DNA of 64,000 nucleotides from Strigamia acuminata (Eukaryota): NCBI GenBank assembly GCA_949358305.1, contig OX442314.1, positions 21,886,001 to 21,950,000 of the forward strand, read 5' to 3'. Shown piece by piece: positions 38,601 to 50,605 of this stretch (position 1 is its first letter; each line of letters starts with the position of its first letter). The notes under the pieces were generated by a model. It saw only the letters and a program-made list of their open reading frames with translations, ran no database searches and was not told where the DNA came from. The position numbers and the translations under genes were made by a program.

Positions 38601-39880
38601 CTCGAAACTACGTTCGCAGTTGCACTCATTGCCAACAATACAAACCTAGCCAACACCAAAAGCATCGGGCAAGCTATACACCCCACAACATGACCAACCC
38701 GTGGGAGACAATAAGCATTGACCTGATGGGACCAAAGCCAGCCGGTCGTTCACAATTAAAATGGATTTTAGTAATCATTGATAATTGTACAAAATGGATT
38801 GAAGTCTTCCCACTAGCGACTGCATCAAGTGAATGCATCGTTAATAAAATGAGCGAAGTTTTCCACCGTTGGGGATATCCAAAAAAGATAATCTCCGACA
38901 ACGGCAAACAATTCGTGTCAACAATATTTAATGATTTTTGTCGAAAAAATCACGTAGATATTGCTCACATTAGCCCATATCACGCTGCCGCTAATATTAC
39001 AGAGCGGGCTAACAGGACTTTAAAAATGATGTTAGCTTTATACTCGGACATTCACTCCCACTGGCCAAAATATTTAAATTCTTTTGCCTTTGCGATGCGC
39101 ACCGCTAAGTCCGAGGCAACAAATTGTTCACCGATGATTCTTAATACGGGAAGAATCGTCCCTTTGCCATTTGACCCGCGTATTACTAAACACGCCATCA
39201 AATTCGACAAAGAGAATCCCGAAGCTTATGTCTATAGTATTTTAGACGTAATTAGACGTGCACACAGCGAAATGCATCGGAAAATTCAATCGAATTACGA
39301 AAAGCATGATCGACTACATAAAGACAAATATTATATTTGTCAATTTGCCAAAGGAGATCTCGTGTGGAAAGCCACACATATTTTATCAAATAAAGATAAA
39401 GGGATTTCGGCAGGATTCGCTGAGAAACGTGATGGACCTTGGGAAATTACGGCTGTTCTCGGCGGAGGTTCCTACACACTACGTAAGCTTTCTGATAACA
39501 CGAAAGCAAAAGCGATCAACATACAGGATTTAATGCCTTATATCCCAAGTTACCCGATTGAGGAATGGACATTAGATCAGAAAGTCGGTACCAACGAATC
39601 ACACCCGACTCCAGATTGGATGGCAGGTCAGGTTATTAATTCTTCAGAATTAATAAATGAACCTGTGTCCATGGAAACAGAGGATTTAGTTGAAGAGAAA
39701 GAGGAGGAAACTTCTCAGATTTCTTCTAAAGAGGACGAAACTCCTCAAAATTCATCCAAAAAGAGGAAAAGATTTCCATCTCCCGTTCGACAGTCTAAAC
39801 GTAGACCCAAGCCGAACACAAAATACGTGACCGATTTTGTACAACTCGTAAATTGTCTAAAACAAGTCAAGTTGGGTTAG
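35600..39880 (+). CDS. pol: Pol (PR-RT-RNase H-IN)
   Basis: LMDSGA protease, YLDD RT, TDAS RNase H, HHCC and DDE integrase, GPW motif. Confidence 0.97.
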   Translation: MIQGVVQVAQPPLKELFPFSELSNDLFLRKDEFKLRHKPSHLTVPYVDDSKNKPPSLVISYEAVPVCRKTSSSSGGVDENLKVMTDQLENLSIFSGSWNAPKKPLVPKVFKLRKLLKLEKWNKKERKVLLGKLCNSKLINGGKDDPRMNVQIGGLDYNALMDSGATQCFIGVQLLSNTEIPVEFIQECPRGMRVCAVGIDHRPIGQVCLCVKWADKRRVTPMTFIILHKNVCGLILGHNFMRRTGINPNPRRAVFTCDDMPGWTAPYETTELNCCLASIKTLGLQGEGTPTSPDWAEKLVEGCNSSAEEKQLLVNVLVQLKNVFRDQLGCTKVAKHSIKFKPGATWKHQPYRMYNPAKKAIMTELVEELEADGLIEPATGPYISHPVIVAKPGGKYRLCIDYRWLNAITEVDAIQMPSIDLLIHHTNQAKYFTSIDLTKGYHQMEMEEEDKSKTAFYTPKGKFQFKRLPFGLCNAPSSFQHLMTTVLGDSLYKHALVYLDDIIIFSDTWENHLLHIKDVLEKLDAANLTINKDKSKFGRTSLRFLGHLISEGSLLPDPDKVSAVRNFPKPTCSKDIQRFVGLANFFRKFIPNIANIARPLTNIMHDQAKFVWDDPQTTAFETIKDILCDKDQALLHMPDMNKPFVILTDASHSGLGAVLCQDVELFCEKKQKLIMVPKAVAYASRVLHGAEVRYSTPELECLAVVWAIERFRPYIEYTTFTLESDAKALSWLMSTPEPSGRFGRWAVKIQCGAFKIIFRRGAMNQVADALSRAPLSALDTPDYDYIEPEEITHFYPTWNGNRCASLQVTETERKHFLTNVGLSLDFFSESYNPVRFHDSGEKGEEEGCTRENCRHIDVHNCNHENVHTALTDILKVVPPTRDEIIEAQLKNPACSKILVYLKGDEKLKNRVTDKHWLNAIRGYTLDEPEENKGVMLIYFAPTDEEELNDSGNGFKAVIPRSLVRRALFACHGHPLTGHAGMSKTLDRAKQMYFWPRMSKDTRNYVRSCTHCQQYKPSQHQKHRASYTPHNMTNPWETISIDLMGPKPAGRSQLKWILVIIDNCTKWIEVFPLATASSECIVNKMSEVFHRWGYPKKIISDNGKQFVSTIFNDFCRKNHVDIAHISPYHAAANITERANRTLKMMLALYSDIHSHWPKYLNSFAFAMRTAKSEATNCSPMILNTGRIVPLPFDPRITKHAIKFDKENPEAYVYSILDVIRRAHSEMHRKIQSNYEKHDRLHKDKYYICQFAKGDLVWKATHILSNKDKGISAGFAEKRDGPWEITAVLGGGSYTLRKLSDNTKAKAINIQDLMPYIPSYPIEEWTLDQKVGTNESHPTPDWMAGQVINSSELINEPVSMETEDLVEEKEEETSQISSKEDETPQNSSKKRKRFPSPVRQSKRRPKPNTKYVTDFVQLVNCLKQVKLG

Positions 39881-41186
39881 GACACAATATATTGAAAATA
39901 TTTTATTTTAAATAAATATTTCCAATCATATTCACGAAGAATTGTTAAATTTTATTAATTAAAAACATTTTTTTTTGATGTGGATAAAATTTAACAAATG
40001 TTTGAGTTATTTTTTACACAAGCTGATTGTATTCAAATTAATCTACGTGTAAACATTTACTTGAAACTGTGTTTCCCCCTTTGGGTTAATAGAAACTTCG
40101 AGATGAGTAATTACAAACCAATCAAATTACTCCTCGAAACTCCCCTTAACCCCTGGTTTGAGATTATCACTCACTTGTTCGCCAAGTTTTGTACTGGACT
40201 GAAATCAAGGATTATTCTCGACCCTTCGACGCTTTAACGGATTTTCGCTGAAATTTAGTGAGTTAAAATCTAGATGATTTTGAACACTTATCGTTTATTT
40301 TACTGATTTTTTCATTTGACAAATATCAGTTCAAATTCAGAAATTATCGACACGACGCTGATTATCGAAACCATCTCGTGGACAAAATCGCGAGTAAGCC
40401 TTTCACGAACTCACTAAGTGAATTCCCGGTAAATATTTAAGCAATATTTTGTCAAAATTTATAATATTTTGACATTAATTGACAACATTTATTTTGGTTA
40501 AGCGTTCATTACGGCGGACTTAGAATTCGCACGCGCCGCACAACGTTTTTATCGGCCAACATCGCCGGAACCGAGCAGCCCTCGCAAATACGTGAAGCTA
40601 GACATTAAACTAGCCAAGTATACCCTTCTAGGACTACACCTAGTTAGTAAGTGTTTATTTTTTGAAAGATAAAATATCTCTTAAGTTCCTTGGAAATTGG
40701 TGAGCAGACATGGGTTAACAAGTCACGTGTATGATAGGGGCAAACGCCACCAGATGTCGGTAGTAAATTATTTACTCGGACGAATTGTGGAATTATTCGT
40801 ACAATTAAAACCATGTAAAATGACTATTGTCGGATGCTAAAAAACACTTACAAAAATATTTTTTTTTAATATTTTTATATGTTTTTTAGTTATTATGTCG
40901 TGTAGATACAAAAATTAGGTTTATTTCATTAAATAAACACTAATTTGAATATTTTATCAGCGATATTGTGTTAAACGATAAAATGAAATTATATGCCAAG
41001 TCGAGAATAATTATTAATCTTAATAATTATTCGACAAATGGAGGAAACACGCTAACAAGGGAACTTAAGAATTAATTATGAAATTAATCCAGTTGTTGGT
41101 CGACAATTAATTTAATTTGAAATTAAATTAATTTCCGACGGTTGATTCATGTTCTCAAATAAAATTTATATTTTCTTGAAGATGCA

Positions 41187-42830
41187 ATGAGTCGCCGAGG
41201 TCGTGCTAGCAAGCGACAGTACGTGCATTGGGATCCAGAAGAATCGGAAGAGACGGATTATCGCTTTGTTAATCCCTCCTCTGACCCCGAGCTCGTCGCC
41301 AACTGGGCCCGTGATAACCCGGATCTCGTACCGCCACGAATTAGGACCGCCATGGGTGTTAGCCCGACCGACTCGCGTCCTTCCAGAGGCCGTCAAGCTA
41401 GTCAGCGTGTTGTAACCTATGATGCGCCGAATTGGGATTTTTCTGACGACTCGTCACAATACTCCCGTTCTGCCTCGAGGAGACGGCGCCAAGATGACTT
41501 CTCACAAGAAGAAGAATCGGTTGAAGAAGCTCCGCCTCCAGCTACCAGCAGGCAGTTTGCCCGACCACGAAATCCGCGTGATACCGCTAGTCGAGGCAAG
41601 ACTGGCAAATCCAAAGGACCCACCAAGTCCACGTTGGCATCTTCATCCGAAGCGCTGACCCGCCCAACATCGCAAGCTCGTTCGATATCGGAGCTAAATT
41701 TGCCAAGTTACCGGAAGCAGCGAAGAGAACACGTATTTCGAGATATGGAAGCTGCCGCCTTGGGGACTAACATCATGCCAAAGTCGAAGCTGATGTTCTG
41801 CCCATTGTGCGCAGGATGCGGATGGTTGTCGTCCTTGTTATCCGGCATTCACGCCGTAGTCTGCGTGAACTGTCACGGTGGTAAGCGCGTTGCCATATCC
41901 AGCATGTGGAATGAAGAAATTCTTCCATTTATCGTCAAGGGGCTAAGTACGCCGACAGCACGCAATTGGGCGATGTGTCGCGAATGTGGCCTCATCCACC
42001 AGGGCCCGGAGCAGGCTATTTATGTAGACCCGGCACAAATGTCCAGCACCTCGACTCCACGAGGAGGATTTACGGAGCCACAACGCGAGCCGGAAACTCC
42101 CACCCCTGCGATTGATGGAACTCCAGTTGCCTCGGCAGAAAACCTTCCAACGTCAGTTATTGCGTCTGATTCTCCGCCGGTTGCATCCGATTCTGGTCCA
42201 CAAGCCGCCGCTTCTCCAGAGGGAACGTCGACTAACAACATGATTGTAGCGACTATCCCGCTCCCAGAAGCAAGCCACGCTGCTGAACCGGTTATTTTAC
42301 TGGTCCACCCATATATGCCGAGACCAGACATGTCGCTCACGGAGCAAACTAAGGCGGAAGTGGAACATTATTTCCCAATTTTATTGGAAGCAGCTAAGCG
42401 TATTAGTGTGTCGATTTCAAACGACCGAATTCCAGATTTGAGCGTGCCACTGGCCGTGATCCAATGGATTTTCCATCCATCCCGGCCGGAATCTTTTCAA
42501 ACTCGCTCTTTTATTTGGTGTAAGATTTTGCAACAGGTCTCAGCAGCAGCACACCCGTTGATTCGTGAGGGATGGCACTCCGGCTTACCCGACCATCACT
42601 TGGTTTTCTCCGAGCCAACCAGCGCTAACACCATTCCGTTAGGAGGGCCTGATCCCCTGGAAGTATTCACCGAGGAACAACACAGAATGCTCCTGAATCC
42701 CCTGGCCCATGACGTTGAGACAGATGTAGTACCGGAATTGGTAGCTATTCAACTTAATTCTCCACCCGCAGCCGTCTCGGAAGTTGTTACATCCATGGAA
42801 GGATTTATTGAGGATGAAGAGTTGGACTAG
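41187..42830 (+). CDS. Extra ORF3 (547 aa) of the Gypsy element, non-Env, zinc-finger-like
   Basis: Long open frame in AT-rich surroundings; CPLCAGCG...CVNCHGG and CRECGLIH; no signal peptide or TM segment visible. Confidence 0.8.
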   Translation: MSRRGRASKRQYVHWDPEESEETDYRFVNPSSDPELVANWARDNPDLVPPRIRTAMGVSPTDSRPSRGRQASQRVVTYDAPNWDFSDDSSQYSRSASRRRRQDDFSQEEESVEEAPPPATSRQFARPRNPRDTASRGKTGKSKGPTKSTLASSSEALTRPTSQARSISELNLPSYRKQRREHVFRDMEAAALGTNIMPKSKLMFCPLCAGCGWLSSLLSGIHAVVCVNCHGGKRVAISSMWNEEILPFIVKGLSTPTARNWAMCRECGLIHQGPEQAIYVDPAQMSSTSTPRGGFTEPQREPETPTPAIDGTPVASAENLPTSVIASDSPPVASDSGPQAAASPEGTSTNNMIVATIPLPEASHAAEPVILLVHPYMPRPDMSLTEQTKAEVEHYFPILLEAAKRISVSISNDRIPDLSVPLAVIQWIFHPSRPESFQTRSFIWCKILQQVSAAAHPLIREGWHSGLPDHHLVFSEPTSANTIPLGGPDPLEVFTEEQHRMLLNPLAHDVETDVVPELVAIQLNSPPAAVSEVVTSMEGFIEDEELD

Positions 42831-45800
42831 AAAGCGTCAACGATGTCGGGATCCGTTACTTTCCCGATATCTTCCCTTTTAAGGCAAGACCAGAAGTAAC
42901 GAGTCCATTTTCTCCATCTCCATTTCTTGACCCGAGTTGAAACAAAGATTTAGTCAGGTTCAGGTGTATTTTATGCCGTTTTTGTGAATAATTCAAAGAT
43001 CTTTAATATTTAAATTAACAATTTTGTTAAAATTTGATTACGAGTCAATGTGAGTTTGTTTAAATGAATACTAATTTTAATACTTGAATTTTAACGTGTA
43101 AAGTGTTATTTTGCAAATCATTATATTTCCAGTGAGAAGTTAAGTTTTGTGAAAATAATTGTTAAATTTTATTAATCATTTGTTTGGTACAAGAGTTTGA
43201 TGTTAGTTTAAGTTATCGCCTTTTCTTGATGCAGTTGTAAGTCCACCTGTAAAGAGAGATGGAAGCTATTATTGATAATTGAAAGTTTTATAACCTTAAT
43301 AAATATTTTTTGAAGCATTTGATTAAGAAATACTCTTTATTTATACTATTAAGATATAAAATAAAGGTTTTTGCTTACCAAGGATTACAGCTCGAGTCCC
43401 CTAGATGACAGTGTGGTCTTGATCCTCAAGATATTCGGAATAAATAGTATGTTAATACAGGTATTAACATATATTTAAGGGGGACTTGTGACGGTTACAC
43501 TGTCATGCACTTTGTTAGTATAGGACGATTACTTCACCAATAGATGGCGCTGATGCGTTTTAGCGGTAAATTCAAATTTCGACAATTTTTGAGTGAATAA
43601 AATATAAATTACTATTTATATTTTATTCCACTGCAACTTTAGACACTTTTAAATACTTTTGGATGTTCAAATGCTAGTTGATTTATTTGTCACATAATTC
43701 TATTGAATTATGTGCAAACTCTACACCTGGTGAAGTCACCCCCCATCACCCACTGTGAGTTGGACTCCTTTTGGATTATAGTCAAAGGGACTTAATCCAA
43801 AATGTGTCCTGCGTATCCAGTTCCTGTTTTGGACCTAGTAGAAGACTATGTCCTGAGTATCCACTTCCTATGACCTAGGATTGGATGGATTTGACTGCCC
43901 AGTGATCCCATTGGATCACTGAACAGCTATTCTCCTCACCGAGTATATATCCCCCTGCAAAACGGATATAGCTCGCTCTTGTTCTGTTTTTGTTTGATAC
44001 TGATATTACTTGAGCACATATTATACTTCTCTGCGTTCCGACAATCCGTTGTAGAAATACTTTGTATTTAGTGTAAGTATCTAGAGTGGGTAGAAGACTC
44101 ACAGACACACTGCCCGCCTCTTCATGCCAACATTCCGTTGTAGAAATGTTGTGACTAGAGTGAGTAATTCACAGACACATTTAAGTGTAGTATCTAGAGT
44201 GGGGTACAACCCACAGACGCACTCCCTCCAGCTTCATGCCAACATTCCGTTGTAGAGTGCAGAATCTAGAGTGGAGTAAAATTCACAGACGCATTGGTAA
44301 TGTAGAATCTAGAGTGGAGTATTTATATTTCACAGACGCATTATCAGAGTAATCGACGCGGAGTAATTTCCCGGTTACTCTCCCGCCAGCCAGGACCGAG
44401 TGGAGTAATTTCCCGGCGATGGATAACCTTTCCTGCGAGATATTTCGATTCAATTCGTTATTGGTTTGACGGAACATTTAAGTCTAACTTAGATGTTGAT
44501 TGCACTCGGGGCAAAAAATAGCTCGGCGCTATTTTAATATATTTTACTTATTTTCATAGTTTTAGTTAAGTTTGTGACTCTAAAATATCATGATTAATTC
44601 CATAGAATTAATATGAATATTTATTCTCACATTGTTACATCTCGCGGTAATTATTGATTACAACAATTATCTGCGATGCGATGTGTGTGACGATACAGAA
44701 AAGTCAACCGCACCTCTCGGATATAACCCACCCAGCCTAACCATTTACACGCCTTTTAGAACCAAACCCCGGACCATTTAGAAGCCAAAGCCATTCATAG
44801 ATGACATCTTTTACGTCACAGCAATAAGACCGTTACAAATTCTTATTGCATGACTGAAGCCTTCAAATGATATTATTTCAGGGCTTTTGCCAAACAACTG
44901 TATAGTTTAACTTCTCGTCATTTTAGCCACTTGTAGGCATAGTATTTATATAAGGTTCAAACCGGAATAAATGTTATATGTTTCGAGAAAACATCAGGTT
45001 TGCATATTTTACATTTTCACACAGATAGTTCACACTTTAGTTTAGCAATTGCTATCTCCAGAAGGTAATCGTCACACACTAATAACTAAGGAAATAAATC
45101 AGGTATTGAGATAAGCATCAGTTTGTTTACGATTATACATTTTTTGAAGCAGAACTACGTCTTTATCCGCACTAATAAGCACGAAAACAGAGGGGCTGCA
45201 ACAATCAACCCAGAGAACGGAAATTTGAGGTAGAAACCACGACAATCTGTAAAACTCAAACAACAAAAGCCGTCTGTTGTCGGCGCAAAGCAATTGTAGA
45301 CAACAACAAAACCACAGCCACAATTTCCGCAACCTCATCTAAAAAAGCAGACATTCTGCCGGATGTAGGCAGAGTAAAAACTGTGCTTCCTTGTAATTTT
45401 ATATTATATCGAACAATTAGCAAGGCTTAAAATTTAAGTTGAAAATGCTGAAGTTACTAATGAGAAACTTGAGAAACAAACTTTTATCAGTTTCAACTAA
45501 TGTTTAAATTTTTTTCTAAATTGAAAGATGGATAGGTAAGTTTGATGCAGGACGATTAAACATACGACTTACTATTATCCGCTATTTTTAGTGTTTTAGT
45601 GTTTTCACGAACAAATATGGATCAGGCACCACCTAACTACAGGCGTTTATTCATCGTTGGAATTGTGTTGGTTTTGAAAAATTTTCCATTTGTCCAAAAA
45701 TGACATCATTTTTAAATAATTTTAACCCCACAAACAAAATAAAATCACTGGAAATGTTGTTTAGGGCGTAACTTGAACTCGCAGAATTCCATCCTCCATC

Positions 45801-46376
45801 CATTAAAAATAAAGATTCACGAAGCTAGTGTTACTGGTATACGGAGAACACATTAACGAATGTGCCCATTAAGGTTGCCGAAGGCAAACCTGAGCCCAGG
45901 AAAAGTAATAATTCCAGGCTTGATAACAGAAAATTATATTTTCATTTGGAATCAGATCCAGGTCTTGCATGTAACACGGGCTTGGGAAATTTGCCCCGGT
46001 TTCCCTTAATTTTTAGCGCAAAACAGTAAACTTTTGGCTCTAAGCAGCAATTTTTGGCCCAAAAACTAGCCGCGGAAGTAATTCTGAATGAGATGTTACA
46101 GGAGATATCGAACGAGACGTCACACGAGATGTGTCACAAAAAGCGCTGTCATCTATAGCGATGACGTTGTCCTTACTGCCAGTTCTTCCACTCAGCCATA
46201 GATGGCAGCGTTTTCGTGACACATCTCGTGTGACAACTCGTTCAGAATCACCACCACCAGTCACTATAGACAAGATCCGCGATAGGAAAGAGCGCATGCG
46301 CGAGACAAGTCGCGCCATCTGGTGGTAAAATAAGAAATCTGTCTGTACTGATAGGTTCGAAGTAGTACGGTACCTA

Positions 46377-46680
46377 TACTCTGGTTCGACTCAAGAGTAT
46401 GCCCTTCTAAGAGCCGCATCACTGGTGTGGTGATCCAAAAATGTAGACCCAAACACCATAACAAACATGAGTTTTTCATTCATATGTTCATAGAACTTTA
46501 TTTAATAAGTTTAATAAGTATAATAAGTATAAAATAATCAAAATTATATCAACTTAAATGGTAATAACAATCACAAATCATAATAAAAATAAAAACTACT
46601 TTTCCTAGTGGTAGTAATAAAACTTGAGTTAGGAGTAATGCGGCTCTTAGAAGGGCATACTCTTGAGTCGAACCAGAGTA
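46377..46680. mobile_element. Nested Tc1/mariner-like MITE
   Basis: ~45-bp TIRs tactctggttcgactcaagagtatgccc..., TA flanks. Confidence 0.85.
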
Positions 46681-46861
46681 TATTTGTTGATGTTTGTTGA
46701 TGTATGATGTTGAATCAGGCATGAGCACAAACCTGTTTTAAATTTGTTAAACATATTCTGTACTTATAAAAATAAATAAAATAATCATTTTCTCTTTTCA
46801 TTTCTATTCTGTTTTACTGTGTAAATAAAATAAAAATAATAAAAAGCAAATGCATTAAAAC

Positions 46862-47122
46862 CAAATTCATCAAAAATATCCCGAATTTTGTCTAAATTCA
46901 ACAAAATATCCCGAATTTTGTCAGAATTCATCAAAAATTACTCAAATTTTGTCAGAATTCATCAAAAATTACTCAAATTTTGTCAGAATTCATCAAAAAA
47001 TTCTCAAATTTTATCAAAACCCATCAAAAAATTCTCAAATTTTGTCAAAATCCATCAAAAAATTCTCAAATTTTATCAAAACCCATCAAAAAATTCTCCA
47101 ATTTTGTCAATATCCATCAAAA
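46862..47122. repeat. ~30-bp AT-rich tandem repeat
   Basis: catcaaaaaattctcaaattttgtcaaaatc-like units. Confidence 0.85.
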
Positions 47123-48099
47123 TCTCATATTTATCTCCTTCAGATATATGTCAAGTGTGGGAACGAGCCCAAAAGAGTTGCTTAGACGACCAACAAGGCA
47201 AAGAAATCAACTTCCGACATGCCAGACTTTCTCAAACCCCAACCGAAGAAACCACCACTAGAAAACCGCTCCAGCAAACCATCAATTCGAAAAAAATACT
47301 ACGACGAGCCAAACAACAATCAAGTAGAAGTAGTCATAGATGGCTAAGCCGGAACGAACATTTCCCGATCCCAACACCGAATCTGCCGCTCCCATCAAAC
47401 TTCTGTGAAAAGACGGATAACAAGGACGGATCATTGACGCCGTCTAATATTTCGCCGCTTTCAAACGTCAACGACACGTCTCTGCATGTCGAGGAAGCAA
47501 ATTTCACCCCAACCCCGCGACTCCAATTGCCGACACCGCCCAACATTCCGCCGCCGTTGCCGCCTATAAGCCGAAATACTACCCGCCGAGGCCGAGTTTC
47601 GGGGTGAAGAAAGTTAAGATTAAGAAGACAGCGCAGAATCCGAACAAAAAGAGGACGTTGAAAGAAACGAACACAAGTTACAATCTCGAAGATCGATGTA
47701 GAGAGGGATTTGGGAGATAAGTTTAGTATTAGTTTTGTGTGATTTTGATTATTATTTTTTTTTATTACTGCGTAAAGTTTGATTGAAATTTATGCTTACT
47801 TTTGTTAAAATAAATGTACTGACATGGTTTTACGCTGTTATTATGTGTGTGTATATATATTCCGTATATCAGGATCATAAAAATAATTTGCTATGAATTG
47901 AGGTGTGGTAGTGGTTGAATCAGTGATGTTCCGAATCAGGTGCATAGATTCAACTTTAGCGCTGAAACTTGATCTCTGTTTTTTTGCAGAAATTTGCAGC
48001 AATCGCAGGTCATTGGAGCAATTTCTGATGGAAAAAATATGCTTTTAGGAGTTAAAAAAGCAAATTTGATGCACAAATGAATTTTTATACAAAATAGTA

Positions 48100-48860
48100 C
48101 AGTCGTGGACAAAAAAAAACTTCCCTTCAGTTTAGCCGTTTTAATTTTGTTTACAAGGTGACATAAAAATCCATTGAGATTCAATGACATATGTCAGAGA
48201 TCGGTTCAAAATTGATATCAATCGGTTCAAAATTGATATCAATCGGTTCAAAATTGATATCAATCGGTTCAAAATTGATATCAATCGGTTCAAAATTGAT
48301 ATCAATCGGTTCAAAATTGATATCAATCGGTTCAAAATTGATATCAATCGGTTCAAAATTGATATCAATCGGTTCAAAATTGATATCAATCGGTTCAAAA
48401 TTGATATCAATCGGTTCAAAATTGATATCAATCGGTTCAAAATTGATATCAATCGGTTCAAAATTGATATCAATCGGTTCAAAATTGATATCAATCGGTT
48501 CAAAATTGATATCAATCGGTTCAAAATTGATATCAATCGGTTCAAAATTGATATCAATCGGTTCAAAATTGATATCAATTTTGAACCGATCTCTCGTCTT
48601 TGAGGTTAAGTGCGTTTAAGCAATGATACTATTATTTGTGTTACTATTGTTACCTTTATTCGTGGTTGCCGCGTGACTATTGTATTGTGTTGATTGTAAT
48701 GGTGCCGATGAGGAGTGACGGATGAGAATTAAAGAGTGCCAAAAAGTTATGTTAAATCATCAAACTGATGTGTCTTATTGCCTCAGTCTTGCCCTAACAA
48801 ATAATGATAGATAAACTTAAAACAGCTAAACTTAAGAGAAGTTTTTTTTGTCCACGACTG
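48100..48860. mobile_element. Nested Tc1-like MITE
   Basis: TIRs cagtcgtggacaaaaaaaa.../...ttttttttgtccacgactg; TA on the left. Confidence 0.75.
48200..48577. repeat. 18 perfect copies of the 21-mer atcggttcaaaattgatatca
   Basis: 378 bp = 18 x 21. Confidence 0.97.
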
Positions 48861-50605
48861 CATTGTTATAATTAAAAAATGAATGTTTAGGTTAAAAAAA
48901 AAGGATTTTTACGTTAAAAAAGTCAATTTTCATGTTAAAAAATGAATTTTTACGCTAAAAACATGAATGTTTATGCAAAGAAAATGAATTTTTAAACAAA
49001 ACCTCTAACACTCCACACAAAACTTCAACTTTGCTTGCTGTTACTCATTTAAATTTAGGACCAAAATGACGTCGATTTTTACAATCCATTCTTTTCTCAC
49101 AGCTGTATCACTTGGAAAAGCATGTTAAGTTACCCCAATCAGCCGTTTTCTACCATTATTAAAACACAGCGGAACAGCGCACGAAACACCCGAAACTGCC
49201 ATAGTAAATAAGCTCACGACGCGACCTTCAATCAGTATTCGACAGTATTAAGATCGCTCAGCAGATGGCGCTGCAGCATCGCGGATCTTGTCTATTGGCT
49301 AAAGAAAACATTTTTAGACACCAGTACATCCTCACTTCTAGAAATTTAAAAATTTAATACAACTGCAGACATGAACATCTGCAGAAATTTGGATTTATTG
49401 CAAAATGAACATTTGCAGCAATTTGGATTTATTGCAAAATGAACATTTGCAGCAATTTGGATTTATTGCAAAATGAACATTTGCAGCAATTTGGATTTAT
49501 TGCAAAATGAACATTTGCGAATACCGATATTCACACATTGCAATAAAAAAAATTATGAAATAATAAAACAGGATTTGTAAATGTTTTATCAGAACTAGTC
49601 AAAAACTGTATTTAAAATTTAAATACAGATGTAACACAAAGATCAAATATGTTTTGGAATTGCGACTTAATTTATACCGGTAGCTACTTCCTCCACACCT
49701 GCATTTACACAGGCCGATCATATTGTCTGTGGCCATCTCAACATTGGTTACTTTTCGATAACTTCCCTGCAAAACATGTCAGCCGGTCATCTCGCCTATG
49801 TACAGGCTACCGGTATATAAATCTTATACGTTATTATTTAATATAAATTTAGTTCTCTGTTTAGATAACCTAGAAAAGGCAGTTGGGTTTGAGCCAGTTC
49901 TAGATATTGCAGTAGTGCTTTTTGCTGGTGAAATGCACTTGCTGCTTGTTGTAGATCAATCTACTATTCCGGTTTTCCTACAAGACTGCTTCAATATGAA
50001 AAGATACATGCTGTGTTTGCTACACTGCACAGACCAATGCACTTCGAATGCCTTGTTATTTTATGACGCTGTTGCCACAACTGCTCCTGCATTTCCTATG
50101 AATAAATCACCAGTGTATTAACACAAGTTGTTAATATACACCTTGTGTGTTTGTGATCTTTGATGACATCCGTCAAAGCGCTCACCACCGTGTGCAAGGG
50201 ATCACCATTTGAAGCTGCTCCGGAGTCCAGGACGACATCCGTGAGCGAGTGAGGGCAACATTTCCCGCCATTGTTGCACAATTTCTATTGTCTTCATCTA
50301 GTTCTTTGTTTAGCTTAGCTAATACTAATCATTATTATTCAATTTGTAACTGTGTAATAAAATTCTAACCATGATATTTCAATAATAAAACCTTGTATTT
50401 CATTCCCTAAACTCCCATTAACTTTAATACTTCAGGAACTGAAACTTTAATTAGCATTCCAACAGTGAGATATTACCAGTTCACTGCAAATGATAATCTC
50501 AGAATTAATTTAATGCGATAACACCGACCAGATGCCAATTTGTATAAAAAGTACGTAAAAATACCAAGTTTCACATTGCAATTTTTACACTGCAAACGAG
50601 TAAAA

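Larger units (their letters stand above)
31088..45076 (+). mobile_element. Full-length 14-kb Ty3/Gypsy LTR retrotransposon with three ORFs
   Basis: 1590-bp LTRs (31088-32677, 43487-45076) with TG..CA ends; CACT TSD; PBS 32680-32697; PPT 43477-43486. Confidence 0.97.
46268..49293. mobile_element. ISL2EU-like non-autonomous TIR element with nested MITEs
   Basis: Perfect 16-bp TIRs agacaagatccgcgat; AT TSD shown by empty site cactattggct at 21471. Confidence 0.85.

Noticed and set aside
41187..42830. env annotation for ORF3
   Set aside because: No signal peptide, fusion peptide or TM anchor visible
46888..47607. 239-aa ORF
   Set aside because: N-terminal half is the 30-bp repeat; the rest has no recognisable domain
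48141..48619. Heptad-repeat ORFs (ISILNRL etc.)
   Set aside because: By-product of a stop-free 21-bp tandem repeat
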